64,000 nt of DNA from contig FLMG01003675.1 in the NCBI GenBank assembly GCA_900088475.1, forward strand, positions 1 to 64,000, given 5' to 3'. Every line of letters starts with the position of its first letter. Positions within the stretch are counted from its first letter, which is position 1. Under the pieces are notes generated by a model that had not been told where the DNA came from, did not search any database, and saw only the letters and a program-made list of their open reading frames with translations. Positions 13,777 to 25,413 of this stretch are shown piece after piece. This DNA is from Hyphochytrium catenoides (Eukaryota; Protista; Hyphochytriomycota). Both the position numbers and the translations under genes were made by a program.

Positions 13777-16662
13777 ATGAATCCTCCAGGGACGGCTTCG
13801 CGCCCTGGAACTAATAGGGGCCTCAGGCAAGTAGCCATAGCGCAGGCTTTGGTCTTACTTTATTTGGCGTTAACTGTGGATTGCCGCATGTAACAGGCCA
13901 GGAACAGCCAGTCGTGGCCTTCTACAAACATCTGCCGGGCGTCCGACGACTGGTAGAATGCAGACTGGCGTCGCTCCAACAAGTGCCGGTGCAGTCTCTA
14001 TGGCAGGCTACGGAGTTGCGTTAGCTACGGACGTAAAGGTTGCAGAGCGACCGGTAGGCAGCACTGGAAGGAACAGGATTAGTATGATGGGGAACTGACG
14101 GTTCAACATTCGAATGCGCAGGTCACCCAGCAGGGTCTAGGCGGTATGAGAATAGGCACAGCCGGGCCTGGCAGGCAAGTCCAGGACAACTCATACTTCC
14201 ATTCTGTGCTGCACAAAAGGATTGCAGATATCACGAATGAGATCAGAAAATATCAGCAGGAGTTTGAGCAGGTTTGAGACAGAGAGAGATTTTGACTGAA
14301 ATATGTGATGCCCACGTTCTATCAATAGTTTCAAAAGGAATCGAAACAGAAAGAAGCACTGGAAAAGAAGCGTGTCATTCTTCACGGTGAAGTGCTCGAG
14401 CTACAGGTGAGGGGTCGAAAGAGCGATAATCCAGAATCTAGCTTTTAACCTACATGGTATCCCACGGCTGCTCGCTACTAGGGTGTCTTGGCTGACCATA
14501 ACATGGCCGCTGCCAAAGCCAGAGATCACACAGACCCTGAGGACATCATGAGGCATATGTTGGCGCTGAAGGAGCATAACAAGCGGTAAGAGGCGTGAAT
14601 AGACTATTGTTGCTCACAAGCTTACTACCTCATCTATAACAGAGAATCAGAGAACATCGATCAAATATTCATTCAACGACAACAAGTGGATCAGATGGCT
14701 GAGAATGTTGAACGTGAGATTCACGAAGTTTACAGGGCCACTGAGAGTAAGATGATGGCTTTGGGACCTCAACGGGCAGAACTGTACAGAGTAAGACCGC
14801 CCTCAGGCTCCCTGCCGTCTTCTACCATCCTCTAACAACAAACACTCTCATCAGAATCTACTTGAGGAAAACGAGCAGATCATAAGAGAGTTGATGGAGG
14901 CACAGGGCACTATACAGCGACTGAACCAGGTAAGGAGTCGCTCTAAATGATGACGTATCATCCATGTTCACTCAGCCTGACTCGGACCTCGATCTCCCAG
15001 ATTATCAACGATCGCGAGGAAGAGCTCTCTCGCGATCACATTCGAGGAGAATATGCCAATCTAGAAAAGCGCCTTACCAGGCTTCGGAAGGAACAAGAGC
15101 AGGTTAGAAAGCATGTCTTAGATCTACAGAGATCACCACAGAGGAGGTCAACCAACCTGTCCTTGTTTTTGCTTGGCTCTCCCTTGTTATCATAAGCTCG
15201 AGGAAGAGGCCAAGAACGCCAGCTTAGATCCAAACGAAGCACGTGCAAGAATGTTGGCGAAGGTGCGGTGAACCTCCACTGAGGCGCATTCGAAAGGCTT
15301 ATGGATCTCTACGTTTGTCCCTGTTAGGTCAAGGAGGACCAGGCCAAGATTCAAGATGTGGAGCAACGTATCACAGAGCTTAACGAAAAGATAGGCTCAT
15401 CCCAGAAGGCGCTGGAGGAACTTGAACAGGATTTGAAGGTGCAGAGCCGCTCATTCGTTGGTCATTCGTCGAGGTATTTGTTACCCCTAACGCAATTCTT
15501 ACCCTAGGAAAAGAGTTCTGGCGGCCAGAACAGCAACGCTGAGAAGTATGAGCAGTTGAGACAAAGGGACATCGAAATGTCAACTTTCATTGAAGGGTTT
15601 GAACAGAGCAAAAAGAAGGTACTCCAGTCCTATTCCTTGCCTTTGTTAATAGATAAGTCTAACCATATCACACACTCAGGCTCTTGCAGATCAAAAGAAG
15701 GAGCAGGATACAATCGTGGCCCTTTTGGAGCATATCAGCGAGGGCATGAACCGAGAGGGGAGCATGCCTACCCAGGTGAGTCAGGACGCAGTATTCCTCC
15801 TCCGTAGCATTCTCCGGTGCGTAAGAGACCACCAATTCATCTCACGTGCCGTCGTGGTCGCGCTTGGCTTCCTTTCTAGCAACGTGTTCAAGAAATGAAG
15901 GAAGATCTGACCTTCAAGCAGCGGCAGCTAGAATCTGCTGAGACCACAAAGATCAGACTTCAGCAAGAGCTACGAAAGCGGCAAGTAGACTTGGAGAAGC
16001 TTGTCAATCTAGATGAAAAGATTGAAATAGAGCTTCGATCTCTGCGAGAGAAGATGGACCAAATGACCAGTGAGATCCCAGGTAGGGATGAGCAGTTAAC
16101 CTTCTGTACTCTACATTAGAAATAGGCAGTGGCCTCATTGAGCTTCTGTGTGTAGTGCTAGAGAACCTGGACAGCCTGAAAGATAACGCGGCTCGCGTGC
16201 AAAAAGAGCTTCTGAAGGTGAAGCAGCGATACATCAAAAGAAAAGACTCCTTAAAACCACAGGTACAGGGTCTACCGCCGCACAAAAGGAAAATCTGCCA
16301 TTGACACACATCGACTGCTGCTGCGCTGCTCATAGGTCCAAATAGTAGTAGGCAAGCATGAGCAAAAGAAGTCAGAGCTATCCTCTATGCAGACGATGAA
16401 GGAGCTTGACTCGCTTGAGAAGAAGCTGCAACATTATGAGCAGAGCATTTTCCAGCTGAATGAATGTAGGAAGATGCGCTTTGACTGCTTGGACACCGGG
16501 CTTCGAGATTCATTACCTCACCAACCTCATGTCACAGATATAACTGTCAAGTCAAAGGAGACGAACTACAAGGGCATCAGAGACGAGTGTATGCGGCTCG
16601 TCTATGACATCAATGAGAGGATCAAAGAGCGAGTGCAGCAGACTGGACCTGCAGGCGTTTAA
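13777..16662 (+). CDS. IFT74: Intraflagellar transport protein 74, multi-exon
   Basis: N-terminal RP.T repeats followed by [35 protein letters not shown] (family hallmark RPVTQQGL.G), then long coiled coils and C-terminal LEKKLQHYEQSIFQLNE..ITVKSKETNYKGIRDEC. Confidence 0.92.
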
Positions 16663-17264
16663 ACCCCGTCCCCAGCGTCTTCCTAGGAGGAATATTAGAT
16701 GTCTCCTTTCACTTTGACGATATGACTGCCATTAGCATCCGCGTATTTACCTTAACACAATGCCCCCTTGTGATATGGCATGGCTCAGATCGTAGACCCA
16801 TCAGGCTCTGAGTTGTGCAAAGAGGAGTGAATGGCGACACCCTGCACTGCCTGTTGTTGAGAAGTTGCGATAGGAGATAAAACAGATAGAGTGTAGAAAT
16901 AGCCCTTTCCCGCAAGGACTAGCTAGAATGGTATAGAGCTCTCAAGTGCAGATGCATCACCTTCGAGGCACCTACCCCAGCAAAGTGTAGAGGCCGTGAC
17001 AACTTCAGTCAGGCCCCGGAGATGGGATTATTGTGCAAGTCAAACAAAGATACAATTTGGCGGGGATCTTAGTTGTAGCAGGAGCAGCATGCATCAGGTG
17101 AAATGGTGGCCATTTTATTGAGACGATGTATATAGACTATGTTGGTTCTAAACCTTTCATGCATGTGAAATGCATGTGAAGAAAGATGACCTTCGCTTAA
17201 ACAGACAGTCTCTCGAATGCGCGAGATGAGATGATTGGGTAAGACTTTTTCTTCGGGGCTTGGT

Positions 17265-17353
17265 GGTGTTTACAAACACCAGTAGAGATAGAGATAATAG
17301 TCCTTATAGGACTGCTTTTCGTGTACTGTTGCCTCTGAGGGCAGCAGTGACAC
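17265..17353 (-). other. Three stem-loops in the H4 3' flank
   Basis: On the transcript strand: gtgt(c)actg-c-tgcc-ctcaga-ggca-a-cagt-acac (17353-17321), agtcct-ata-aggact (17313-17299) and ggtgttt-gt-aaacacc (17280-17265). Confidence 0.6.
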
Positions 17354-17369
17354 TATTTGGTTGAACAGC

Positions 17370-17711
<342 letters not shown>

Positions 17712-18159
17712 TTATCGATGTGGAGATGTGGAGAGTCGAGAGAAATTTTTCGAATGAAGAGATGTACGAGTACCCTGAGTCCAGTTAGCGCTCGTCAAAA
17801 TCAGAACTATGGTGGTTTTCCTTAGGCTTTTCTATTATTACTTGTTGGCTGACACCATCACCAACCCTCTCCTCTCTCCTCTGTCTGTCTTGAAAGTTGA
17901 TCTCTCATGTCTCATGTGTCATCTATGGTCTGTCTTCCTTTTTATAAATCTCCCATTGGGTTCATCAGCCTTCTAACTTTGTATAGTAGTGGAACTCGCC
18001 TTTGTATCTCTACACCCCTCTGTCTAGGTTCCGAATGATTGTTCCAGATGTCGTTGCTGTATAAGACAGCACTCTGAAGGAAATAGGAAGGCTGTATAAA
18101 TGACTGTACTTTCTGAGGTCCACCACAAGTCTGTGCAGCAAAAGCAAAAAGGGTTCAGC

Positions 18160-18262
18160 CTCGTATCCTGAGCTCTGATTGGCGGGATTTTGGTGAGAGA
18201 GAGGACTGAAACAGTGCTCCAAGGTGTGCAGGAATCCCTCCAATCATAGGCCTGCAATCGAG
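18160..18262. promoter_or_regulatory. Bidirectional H4/H3 promoter with two oppositely oriented CCAAT elements
   Basis: Minus-strand caccaaaatcccgCCAATcagagctc (18195-18170) faces H4 and plus-strand cctCCAATcataggcctgcaatcga (18237-18261) faces H3. The same extended motif recurs upstream of the other two H3 copies. Confidence 0.65.
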
Positions 18263-18511
18263 TCTGGAAGATTTTGGTTGAAGAGGGACAGAATGTAGCT
18301 CTTGCTCAGACATCCCCTCAGAGTCATTATGTTACACCAAGAACTCCCTGAAGGGACAAACAACAAACTCCACCTTGAACTCCACTCAGAATCAATTGTA
18401 TTTCTTTGATGGCATCATCAGAACGCAACCCGAACATCTTTCTTGCTGACAACTTGGAACCCACTTCCATTATCGCACTTTCTCTTCTATGTTCAAGCCG
18501 TTGGACGTTAG

Positions 18512-18955
<444 letters not shown>

Positions 18956-19339
18956 GCGAAGTTGTCAAGTGCCTCGCTACCATCAACCAGTAGTGAGTAC
19001 CCCTTTCCCTTTGCTTCCCATGTATGGTGTTCTAGCAACAACACTCGACGCGGAAGAACCTTTCTGCAAAACTATCCTTATTTAGCCTGTGAATAGTATT
19101 ACCGTCACAAACCATCTTTACCGACGATGTATATTACAGTCAGCAAAATTTTTCTTTACATAACATTATCGGGCTTTTTACTTGGCGAGAGATGGACCAA
19201 ATGAAGCTGTTGACTTGCTGATGAACTTGAAGCTCCTAACCAATCAATACAGAACATAACTAATTATTATTGGTAACCTTTCATTGCTACCAAAATTCTT
19301 GTGTTGCCATTTCTCACTGATCTCCCCAAGAACTGTTGG

Positions 19340-19615
19340 GACCTCTCACCTGCATGAGCTTCACATTCCTTACCCGTTCCCTAGCACAATGTTCTAGTGT
19401 AGCAAGCTCTTCCTTGCGACGTACTACACAACAGTCTTCCTTTAAATGAGCCATATCCGTCTTTCAGGCTGAGGAGGTCATACTAGGTTAGGACCAGGAG
19501 ACTGCTGGTTGCGCAAACACCGTTAAAGCTGAAGACATCCAACAGCTTCGCTTCATAGTATTCCTTTCTTAGTTTCTTTGCTTCTGGCGATGACGCCTTC
19601 ATTGGAGCGCGGGCA
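19340..19615 (-). pseudogene. Heavily decayed relic of the H1-like gene (cassette copy 1)
   Basis: Blocks ctctcacctgcatgagcttcacattccttac, gagccatatccgtctttcag, gaggtcata, ctgctggttgcgca and ttctggcgatgacgcctt are colinear with the intact H1 gene (22720-22990), with deletions and stops. Confidence 0.75.
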
Positions 19616-19920
19616 CATTGTCTTACTTCTTGACGCGTCTCTATGACTTAGGTAGAACAGAATCCTCTCGCTGTCAGATCCATGATCCCTCTTCTTCCTT
19701 CTTATCCGCAAAGAGTCAAGGGGCTATCTCTTATTGCACTGTTGGCCTCCTTATATATATACCTGTGACCCGCTCTGTCTCGCGATGCCGAATGCAAGTA
19801 CGGCTATACAGTGAATGTCAGTTGGGATCCCTCTCATCAAGGGCTAACAAGAAAGAAGGGTCAGACTGGCTGAACAGATGCTGATGCTGATACATCATAA
19901 CACTGCCAAACTCGATTTTA

Positions 19921-19960
19921 CCGCCAAAAATCCTCCAATCAGGGGCCTCGAATTGATTTA
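19921..19960 (+). promoter_or_regulatory. Conserved CCAAT element upstream of the H3 variant
   Basis: cgccaaaaatcctCCAATcaggggcctcgaattga, about 230 nt before the ATG at 20166. Confidence 0.6.
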
Positions 19961-20165
19961 AGGCAGCACTACAGGAAGATGGATGAGATGGACAAGAACC
20001 ACGCAGCTGCCGCGCCTCAGCCCTCCTTCTCTGGACTCATTGGCAGAAGAAGGTAGCACAATCCGCTCCTCCTCCTCCTCACATATTCATTATTGTACTT
20101 TCTCCCTTCAGCGCAAACCCTTGGAAGCATCAGCCATCAGCAATTAATAACAACACCGAGTAGTG

Positions 20166-20585
20166 ATGGCCCGCATCAAGCAAACTCCTCAAAAAAAGTC
20201 CACTGGAGGCAAGGCTCCTCGTAAGCAACTCGCTACCAAGGCTGCTCGCAAGAGCGCACCTGCCACCACCGGCAGTGTACAGAAGCCTCACCGCTACCGC
20301 CCAGGGACCGTCGCTCTTCGTGAGATTCGAAGATACCAAAAATCGACGGAGCTGCTCATCCGCAAATTGCCTTTCGAGCGCCTAGTACGCGAAATCGCTC
20401 AGAAGTACAACCCACATATCACACATTTCCAGGAATCCGCCATTCTCGCTCTTCAAGAGGCCGCGGAGGCCTACCTTGTTGGGATCTTTGAAGATACCAA
20501 CATGTGTGCTATCCACGCCAAGCGAGTTACAATCAAGCGGAAGGACATGCAGCTGGCGCGCCGTATCCGCGGCGAGAGGGCGTAA
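20166..20585 (+). CDS. Divergent histone H3 variant (intact, 139 aa)
   Basis: Complete histone fold with no stops or frameshifts: [16 protein letters not shown]...[13 protein letters not shown]...[27 protein letters not shown]...[22 protein letters not shown] is at 20166; the track's 20163 start is a GTG. Confidence 0.92.
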   Translation: MARIKQTPQKKSTGGKAPRKQLATKAARKSAPATTGSVQKPHRYRPGTVALREIRRYQKSTELLIRKLPFERLVREIAQKYNPHITHFQESAILALQEAAEAYLVGIFEDTNMCAIHAKRVTIKRKDMQLARRIRGERA

Positions 20586-20724
20586 ATAGATGCAATTGTC
20601 ATGCCTTACTATTATCTTGTCAGTGGTAGGAAAGCTGCAAGAGTTCTTCCTTCTTTAGTGTTAGTATACCTGTAGTTGATATTTTAGAACTATACTCCGT
20701 GTGTTTGTGTAAATGAAGGGCCTT

Positions 20725-21200
20725 TCAAAGGGGGCCTCGCCGCTCGGCGGGGACCGACGGCGACGATGAAGCACTTGAAGGTGATGACTTTGCTGATGAT
20801 GGTAATGAGGAGTTTGAAGCCCCTGGCGTAGACTTTGATGGCCGCCGAAAGTGCGTTTTCTAGCATTCGCTCTGCTGGTGTTTTTCTCTCCTTGGGAAAA
20901 AAAAAAGGCTTGGAATCCCTCTCACCTGAACGGGCTCCCGATGCATTGATCTAGTGCGGCATTGGTAGGGTGATGCATTCAACAACAAAACCCTTACTTC
21001 CTTTCTCTCTGCGACATTCTCCTACACATTTATGTCTTCCTTTTCTCGAGCCATGTCTGCTGTTCAGGCAGAGGAGGATAGAAGTTAGGGTCAGGAGGGC
21101 TTGTTGCTGGTTGCGCAGAAGAAGATGAAGTATCAGACATCTCAACCTCTTCTTCCTGGTCTTTCTTCGTCGAGTCTGTTTCTACTGGCGGTGGGGCCGT
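20725..21200 (-). pseudogene. Frameshifted H1-like pseudogene (cassette copy 2)
   Basis: Colinear with the intact H1 (cgccgagcggcgaggccc, accagcagagcgaatgc, ttcaggtga, agacatggctc, gcaaccagca), with indels, a homopolymer run near 20897 and in-frame stops. Confidence 0.85.
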
Positions 21201-21592
21201 GAATGAAACCTTCTCGATTCGCTGACTTGGTTGGCGAGACTGTAGGGATGTTTCATGAATTGAAGCAGCGCCATCCTGTACTTCCTTCTGTCACCTACAT
21301 TCACCTTTCAATATCGTCGCTCCTCTTCTTTCCTTCTTATTCCCAAAAGGTGTTCCACACAATCTGTGTGCGTTACTACAAGTAATAATAAGTGTACATA
21401 TGAAGTAGTTCTATGTAGTTCTATGGTAGTTCTATCAAGTATCCTCATCCGATTTACAGTACTAAAATAACAGTAAGACGTCTCCTAGTTCCTAGACTAC
21501 GGTAGGAACTAAGGCGATACGATGATAGAACTACAGTACGAAGGCTTATTACTCCCTCGGACATCAAACATCAACCTGGCAACAACGGGTTA

Positions 21593-21630
21593 GCGCCAAA
21601 ATTTCTCCAATCAGAAGCCTGGAATCGATC
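21593..21630 (+). promoter_or_regulatory. Conserved CCAAT element upstream of the H3 pseudogene
   Basis: gcgccaaaatttctCCAATcagaagcctggaatcga. Confidence 0.55.
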
Positions 21631-21887
21631 TAGGAGTGCTTGGAACGTAGACGACAGCAACTTTGCTTTTGTAAAGACAGAGAAGAGAGCCACCTGCTAT
21701 AGTTCGTCTCTCCCTGGAGTCACCGGTAGGAGGAGTGAACTGTAAAAAGATAAGCAGAGTACGATTCGAGCTCCTGATCGAGAGAACAGCGGCATTGATT
21801 AGGATGAACAGTCTTCACTATTTATTGTTACACTTTCTCGCTTCAGCGCAACCCGTTGAAAGCTTCAGCCATCTACAAGACCGAGTA

Positions 21888-22318
21888 ATGGCGGGTACCA
21901 AGCAAACTCCCCACAAAAAGTCCTCCACCAGAGGCAAGGCTCCTCATCCGAAGCAGCTTGCCACCAAGGCTGCTCGCAAGAGCGCACCAACCACCGGTGT
22001 CGCAAAGAAGCCTCACAGAAGATACCGCCCAGGAGCCAACGCGTCGCGGGAAGTAAGACGATACCAAACGTCCTCCGACCTTGTCATCCAGAAGTTGCCT
22101 TTCTGACGACTAGTCTATGCCATCGTTCAGGAGAATTTAGGGTTGGAGTCTCTTTCCAGGGATCGGCCATGCTGGCCCTGCAAGAGGCCACCGAAGCCTA
22201 CCTTGTGGGGCTCTTTGAGGAGACCAACCCCTGCGCTATCCACGCCAAGCGCGTCACTATGATGCCTGAGGACATCCACCTGGCTCGCCGTATTCGCCGA
22301 GAGAGGTTTTTGACATGA
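21888..22318 (+). pseudogene. Histone H3 pseudogene (cassette copy 3)
   Basis: [34 protein letters not shown]...QKLPF, then TGA (22104-22106) at the Q68 position and a frameshift in loop 1, then [50 protein letters not shown] in another frame. Confidence 0.93.
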
Positions 22319-22549
22319 AATATGGCATATGCCTTCCCACCATCACCTCAGTGGTAGGAAGGCTGCACTACTTTCCCCACTGTTGCTACATCACACCACC
22401 TATCGCCAAGGACTTACTCTTACGAGAAACCAGCCTTGTTTGGTCTGTAAATAGTAATACATTGGCCGCAAATGTGCCCTTTAGTATATAAAAGTACTTC
22501 CAAACAAATCATAAAAACAAAGAGTATATAGTACACAAGGAAGGACCTG

Positions 22550-23100
22550 TCAAGCGGGCCTCGCTGCTCGGCGTGACGATGAAGCACCTGACGTTGATGA
22601 CCTTGCTGATGGTTTTGAAGAGCTTGAACCTCTAGGGGTAGCCTTTGATTGCCGCCGAGGGTGTTTTGCTGGCATTCGCTCTGCTGGTTTCCTCTCCTCC
22701 GGAGAGAGCTTGAAAGCTCCTTTCACCTGAATGAGCTTTCCATTTTTTACCGCATTCCGTAGGGCATTGTTAAGGTAATGTACAGCAAACCCTTCCTTTC
22801 TCTCCGCAACGTACTTCGCTATTTCTTCTTTTGTTGAGCCATGTCTGTCTTTCAGAGCGATAATGGCTTCCTTGACGAGGTCATAATAGGTGGGGCCAGG
22901 AGGGGCTGCTGGTTGTGCAGATGATGAAGCTGCTGCAGATGTCCGAGTTCGCTTTGTACTCGTATGCCTTCTTTCTGGCGATGGCGCCTTTCGCTTTTGA
23001 CTTGGCGGCGCCGGAGTCCTGTCGACGTAAGTAGGTTAGCTGGTGCTGCCGGCAGAGATACCTAATGTGCTCGAAATTATGGAGCTTACCGTTCTGCCAT
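22550..23100 (-). CDS. Linker histone H1/H5-domain protein with a short Arg/Ser-rich tail (2 exons: 23100-23090, 23018-22550; 159 aa); absent from the ORF track
   Basis: ATGGCAGAACG|gtaag...gctaac...cag|GACTCCG (71-nt intron) gives MAERTPAPPSQKRKAPSPERR...PTYYDLVKEAIIALKDRHGSTKEEIAKYVAERKEGFAVHYLNNALRNAVKNGKLIQVKGAFKL...SRRAARPA*. The P.Y..LV.EAI.ALKDR.GS...I.KY and G.L.QVKG.FKL motifs define the H1 winged-helix globular domain. Confidence 0.9.
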
Positions 23101-24117
23101 ACTTGACAAAGTCACACTCTGTAGTTGGACCTGCTCGTTTTCTCGATGGATATCGGAACCCAGAATAGCCTACATGCCGCTTCGAGGACAGTTGCAACTC
23201 CACTCTCGTTAAGCTTAAAGCCTAGAGAATCTTGTTGAGGATGTAAGAACTGCACAGCGTACGCTTGTCCTGATGATGGCTACTCTTCTTGGGGTTGATG
23301 CTGCTCGAACTTGAGCGAAGGAAACCCCAGAAAGAGGTCGATATCTGGTCGAGGCTACCAACCGCTTTGCAACAAGGGAGGTTGATAGAGAAACTTATCA
23401 ACAGACCAGAAGAAGCTACAGCGGCAGGGCAGCAGCAACAACTCTGATGTCTTCAAGATGAAGAGATTGCTGCCACGCGTGGGATTCCTTTGCCTGCACA
23501 GCGAAGAGCTCACACTACAGAGAAGATGAAGCTTCTGAAGTGCGAGTGCACGACCAAGCGACTCAGACATCATGTGGATGTATTGATTGGGCAAGTCCTA
23601 GGTCCAACCAGAAGAGACACTGGTCTTCATTCCCCTCATCAGATGCAGAGAAGGCCGTCCTTTGCCCACCAAAGCGCTGCAATAGAACAGGAGCGACATC
23701 AGAAGGGCCGACATAAAGAAGCAGCCAAAATAACGATTCTCAGATGAGAAGCAACTGGTCATGCTAGTTCTTGATAGTCTTGACGAGAACACCGTCTATT
23801 CCCTATTTTGTCATTCCACGTCGGAATGGAAGAGTGTATATACAGCACAGAACGACCCCCCAAGGTTTACTTGAACAAAGAGAATGGTTTACAATCTCAG
23901 AGAACTGTAATAGAGGTTATCTCAGCCCCAGTAACCAGATCAGACCTTCAGTCTAAAGATTTAGCAAGGGTGTCATGGAATTGCAGCATCTTCGACAAGT
24001 AGAGTTCTTATCGCTTTGGTGGAGGATGGAGGAGCTGCTGGTGATGGTGATTGATCGCGCTCTTCATATTAGAACTGCCCACTACCCATGATAAGTCGCC
24101 GATGAGTTGTCTGTTTC

Positions 24118-24219
24118 TATAGTTCAGTGAAGACTGGGAATAAAATGAGAGTTTCAGAGGCTGCGGTTTATAGTTCTGTGACGACTGGGAACAAAAGGAG
24201 AGTCTCAGCGGCTGTGGTT
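24118..24219. repeat. 51-bp imperfect tandem duplication (2 copies)
   Basis: tatagttcagtgaagactgggaataaaatgagagtttcagaggctgcggtt / tatagttctgtgacgactgggaacaaaaggagagtctcagcggctgtggtt. Confidence 0.85.
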
Positions 24220-24544
24220 TGGGATGCATCTTAGAACAGATTGCTTTCCTTGCCTCTCACCAGAAAGCGAGTGAGTTTCAAGAACTTCAAGGCCATCAAC
24301 ACTAGTTGGGGTTTAGTTCCTAATCTGACCATGAGTCCCGGTGTGGTCCAAGACTAACTTAGATGAACAGCTTAGCAAATCACCTAAAAGGTGATCATAA
24401 TTGCCCTGTGCACATTGCAGGGGCCACCTTAGCAATGTCCGCAATCAGCACTATGCCCAAGCTGTTGTGACGGATAATGACCTTTATTTAGAGCCTACGC
24501 AGCTCCGCCGAGGCTTTATAGAAGACGTTGACAGACACTGTGCA

Positions 24545-25413
24545 TTAAGTCCACAGCCAGGCAAATAGTAGAAGCATATAAAGAATGACTGACGGTGCCC
24601 AGGTGTAGATGAAGCGACCGATGCTGACGTTGGAGCCGCAGAAAAATATCCAAAAAGCGAGAATCACCATGTTCCACTTGGCCCAACCTCCATACTTCAT
24701 AAAGTCGAGGCTTGTTGCGACGTGCGAATGGCAGTTATCACAGCTGACAGCATCAGTTAATTGAAGGCCGTGAACGTCAACTAGGCAACAGCTTTCGAGA
24801 TCAATAATGGGCCAATCAAACAAGGAGTTGGGAGAGACTTTGGCGAATCACGGACAGACTAACCCACCGCCTCACTTCGGTGAACATTGGACGAAGAGTG
24901 ATCCAACGGAGTATTTAAATTCAAAATGTCACTTACCAAATATTGTGCATTCTCCCACAATAGATCTCTGAAGCCCGTCGCACTGCCTCATCCCAGGAAT
25001 CTCCCTTCACCTTTGATGGATCGAGCTTGAGGTACCTGGACATAGAAGGTTGGTGCAGCAATTGCTAAGATAGGGCCTTAGCTCCGCTGGTACCTAGCCC
25101 ACAAACCTCGTAGGTTTCCCAAACGCCATGTCATCTTCTCCCACGATGTAAGGGCCAGCAAAGTCATAAATAATCCTTGAAGGATAGGTAGATTCGTGAG
25201 TCATCAAAATCCAGCGGATAGAGACACCCCGGTCCCTACTTACCCGCGACTATCAGCAATACCCATATGCCCTATAAAAGGTAACAGCCACGTAAGAGGT
25301 GGCAATGGCGTCCAAACAATGCAATACGGGAACCTGCTCTGAGGAACATCGATGGCCCTGGGCGCATCCAAACAATCGGCAGATGGTGGTTGAGATGCTG
25401 CAACGTCCTCCAT
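24545..25413 (-). CDS. TMEM222: TMEM222 / RTE1-like membrane protein (4 exons)
   Basis: RFPYCIVWTPLPPLTWLLPFIGHMGIADSRG | IIYDFAGPYIVGEDDMAFGKPTR | YLKLDP...SWDEAVRRASEIYCGRMHNI | CDNCHSHVA...WNMVILAFWIFFCG; all are family-conserved blocks. Confidence 0.93.

Noticed and set aside
14947-14992. Intronic ATGATGA...CTGA resembling a C/D snoRNA (similar case at about 4007-4110)
   Set aside because: The CTGA coincides with the CTGAC branch site, the first candidate is too short, and I see no terminal stem or rRNA guide.
18956-19100. Canonical SLBP-type histone 3' stem-loop
   Set aside because: No GGYYYTTYTNARRRCC-type 6-bp/4-nt hairpin after any histone gene; only the non-canonical hairpins reported above.
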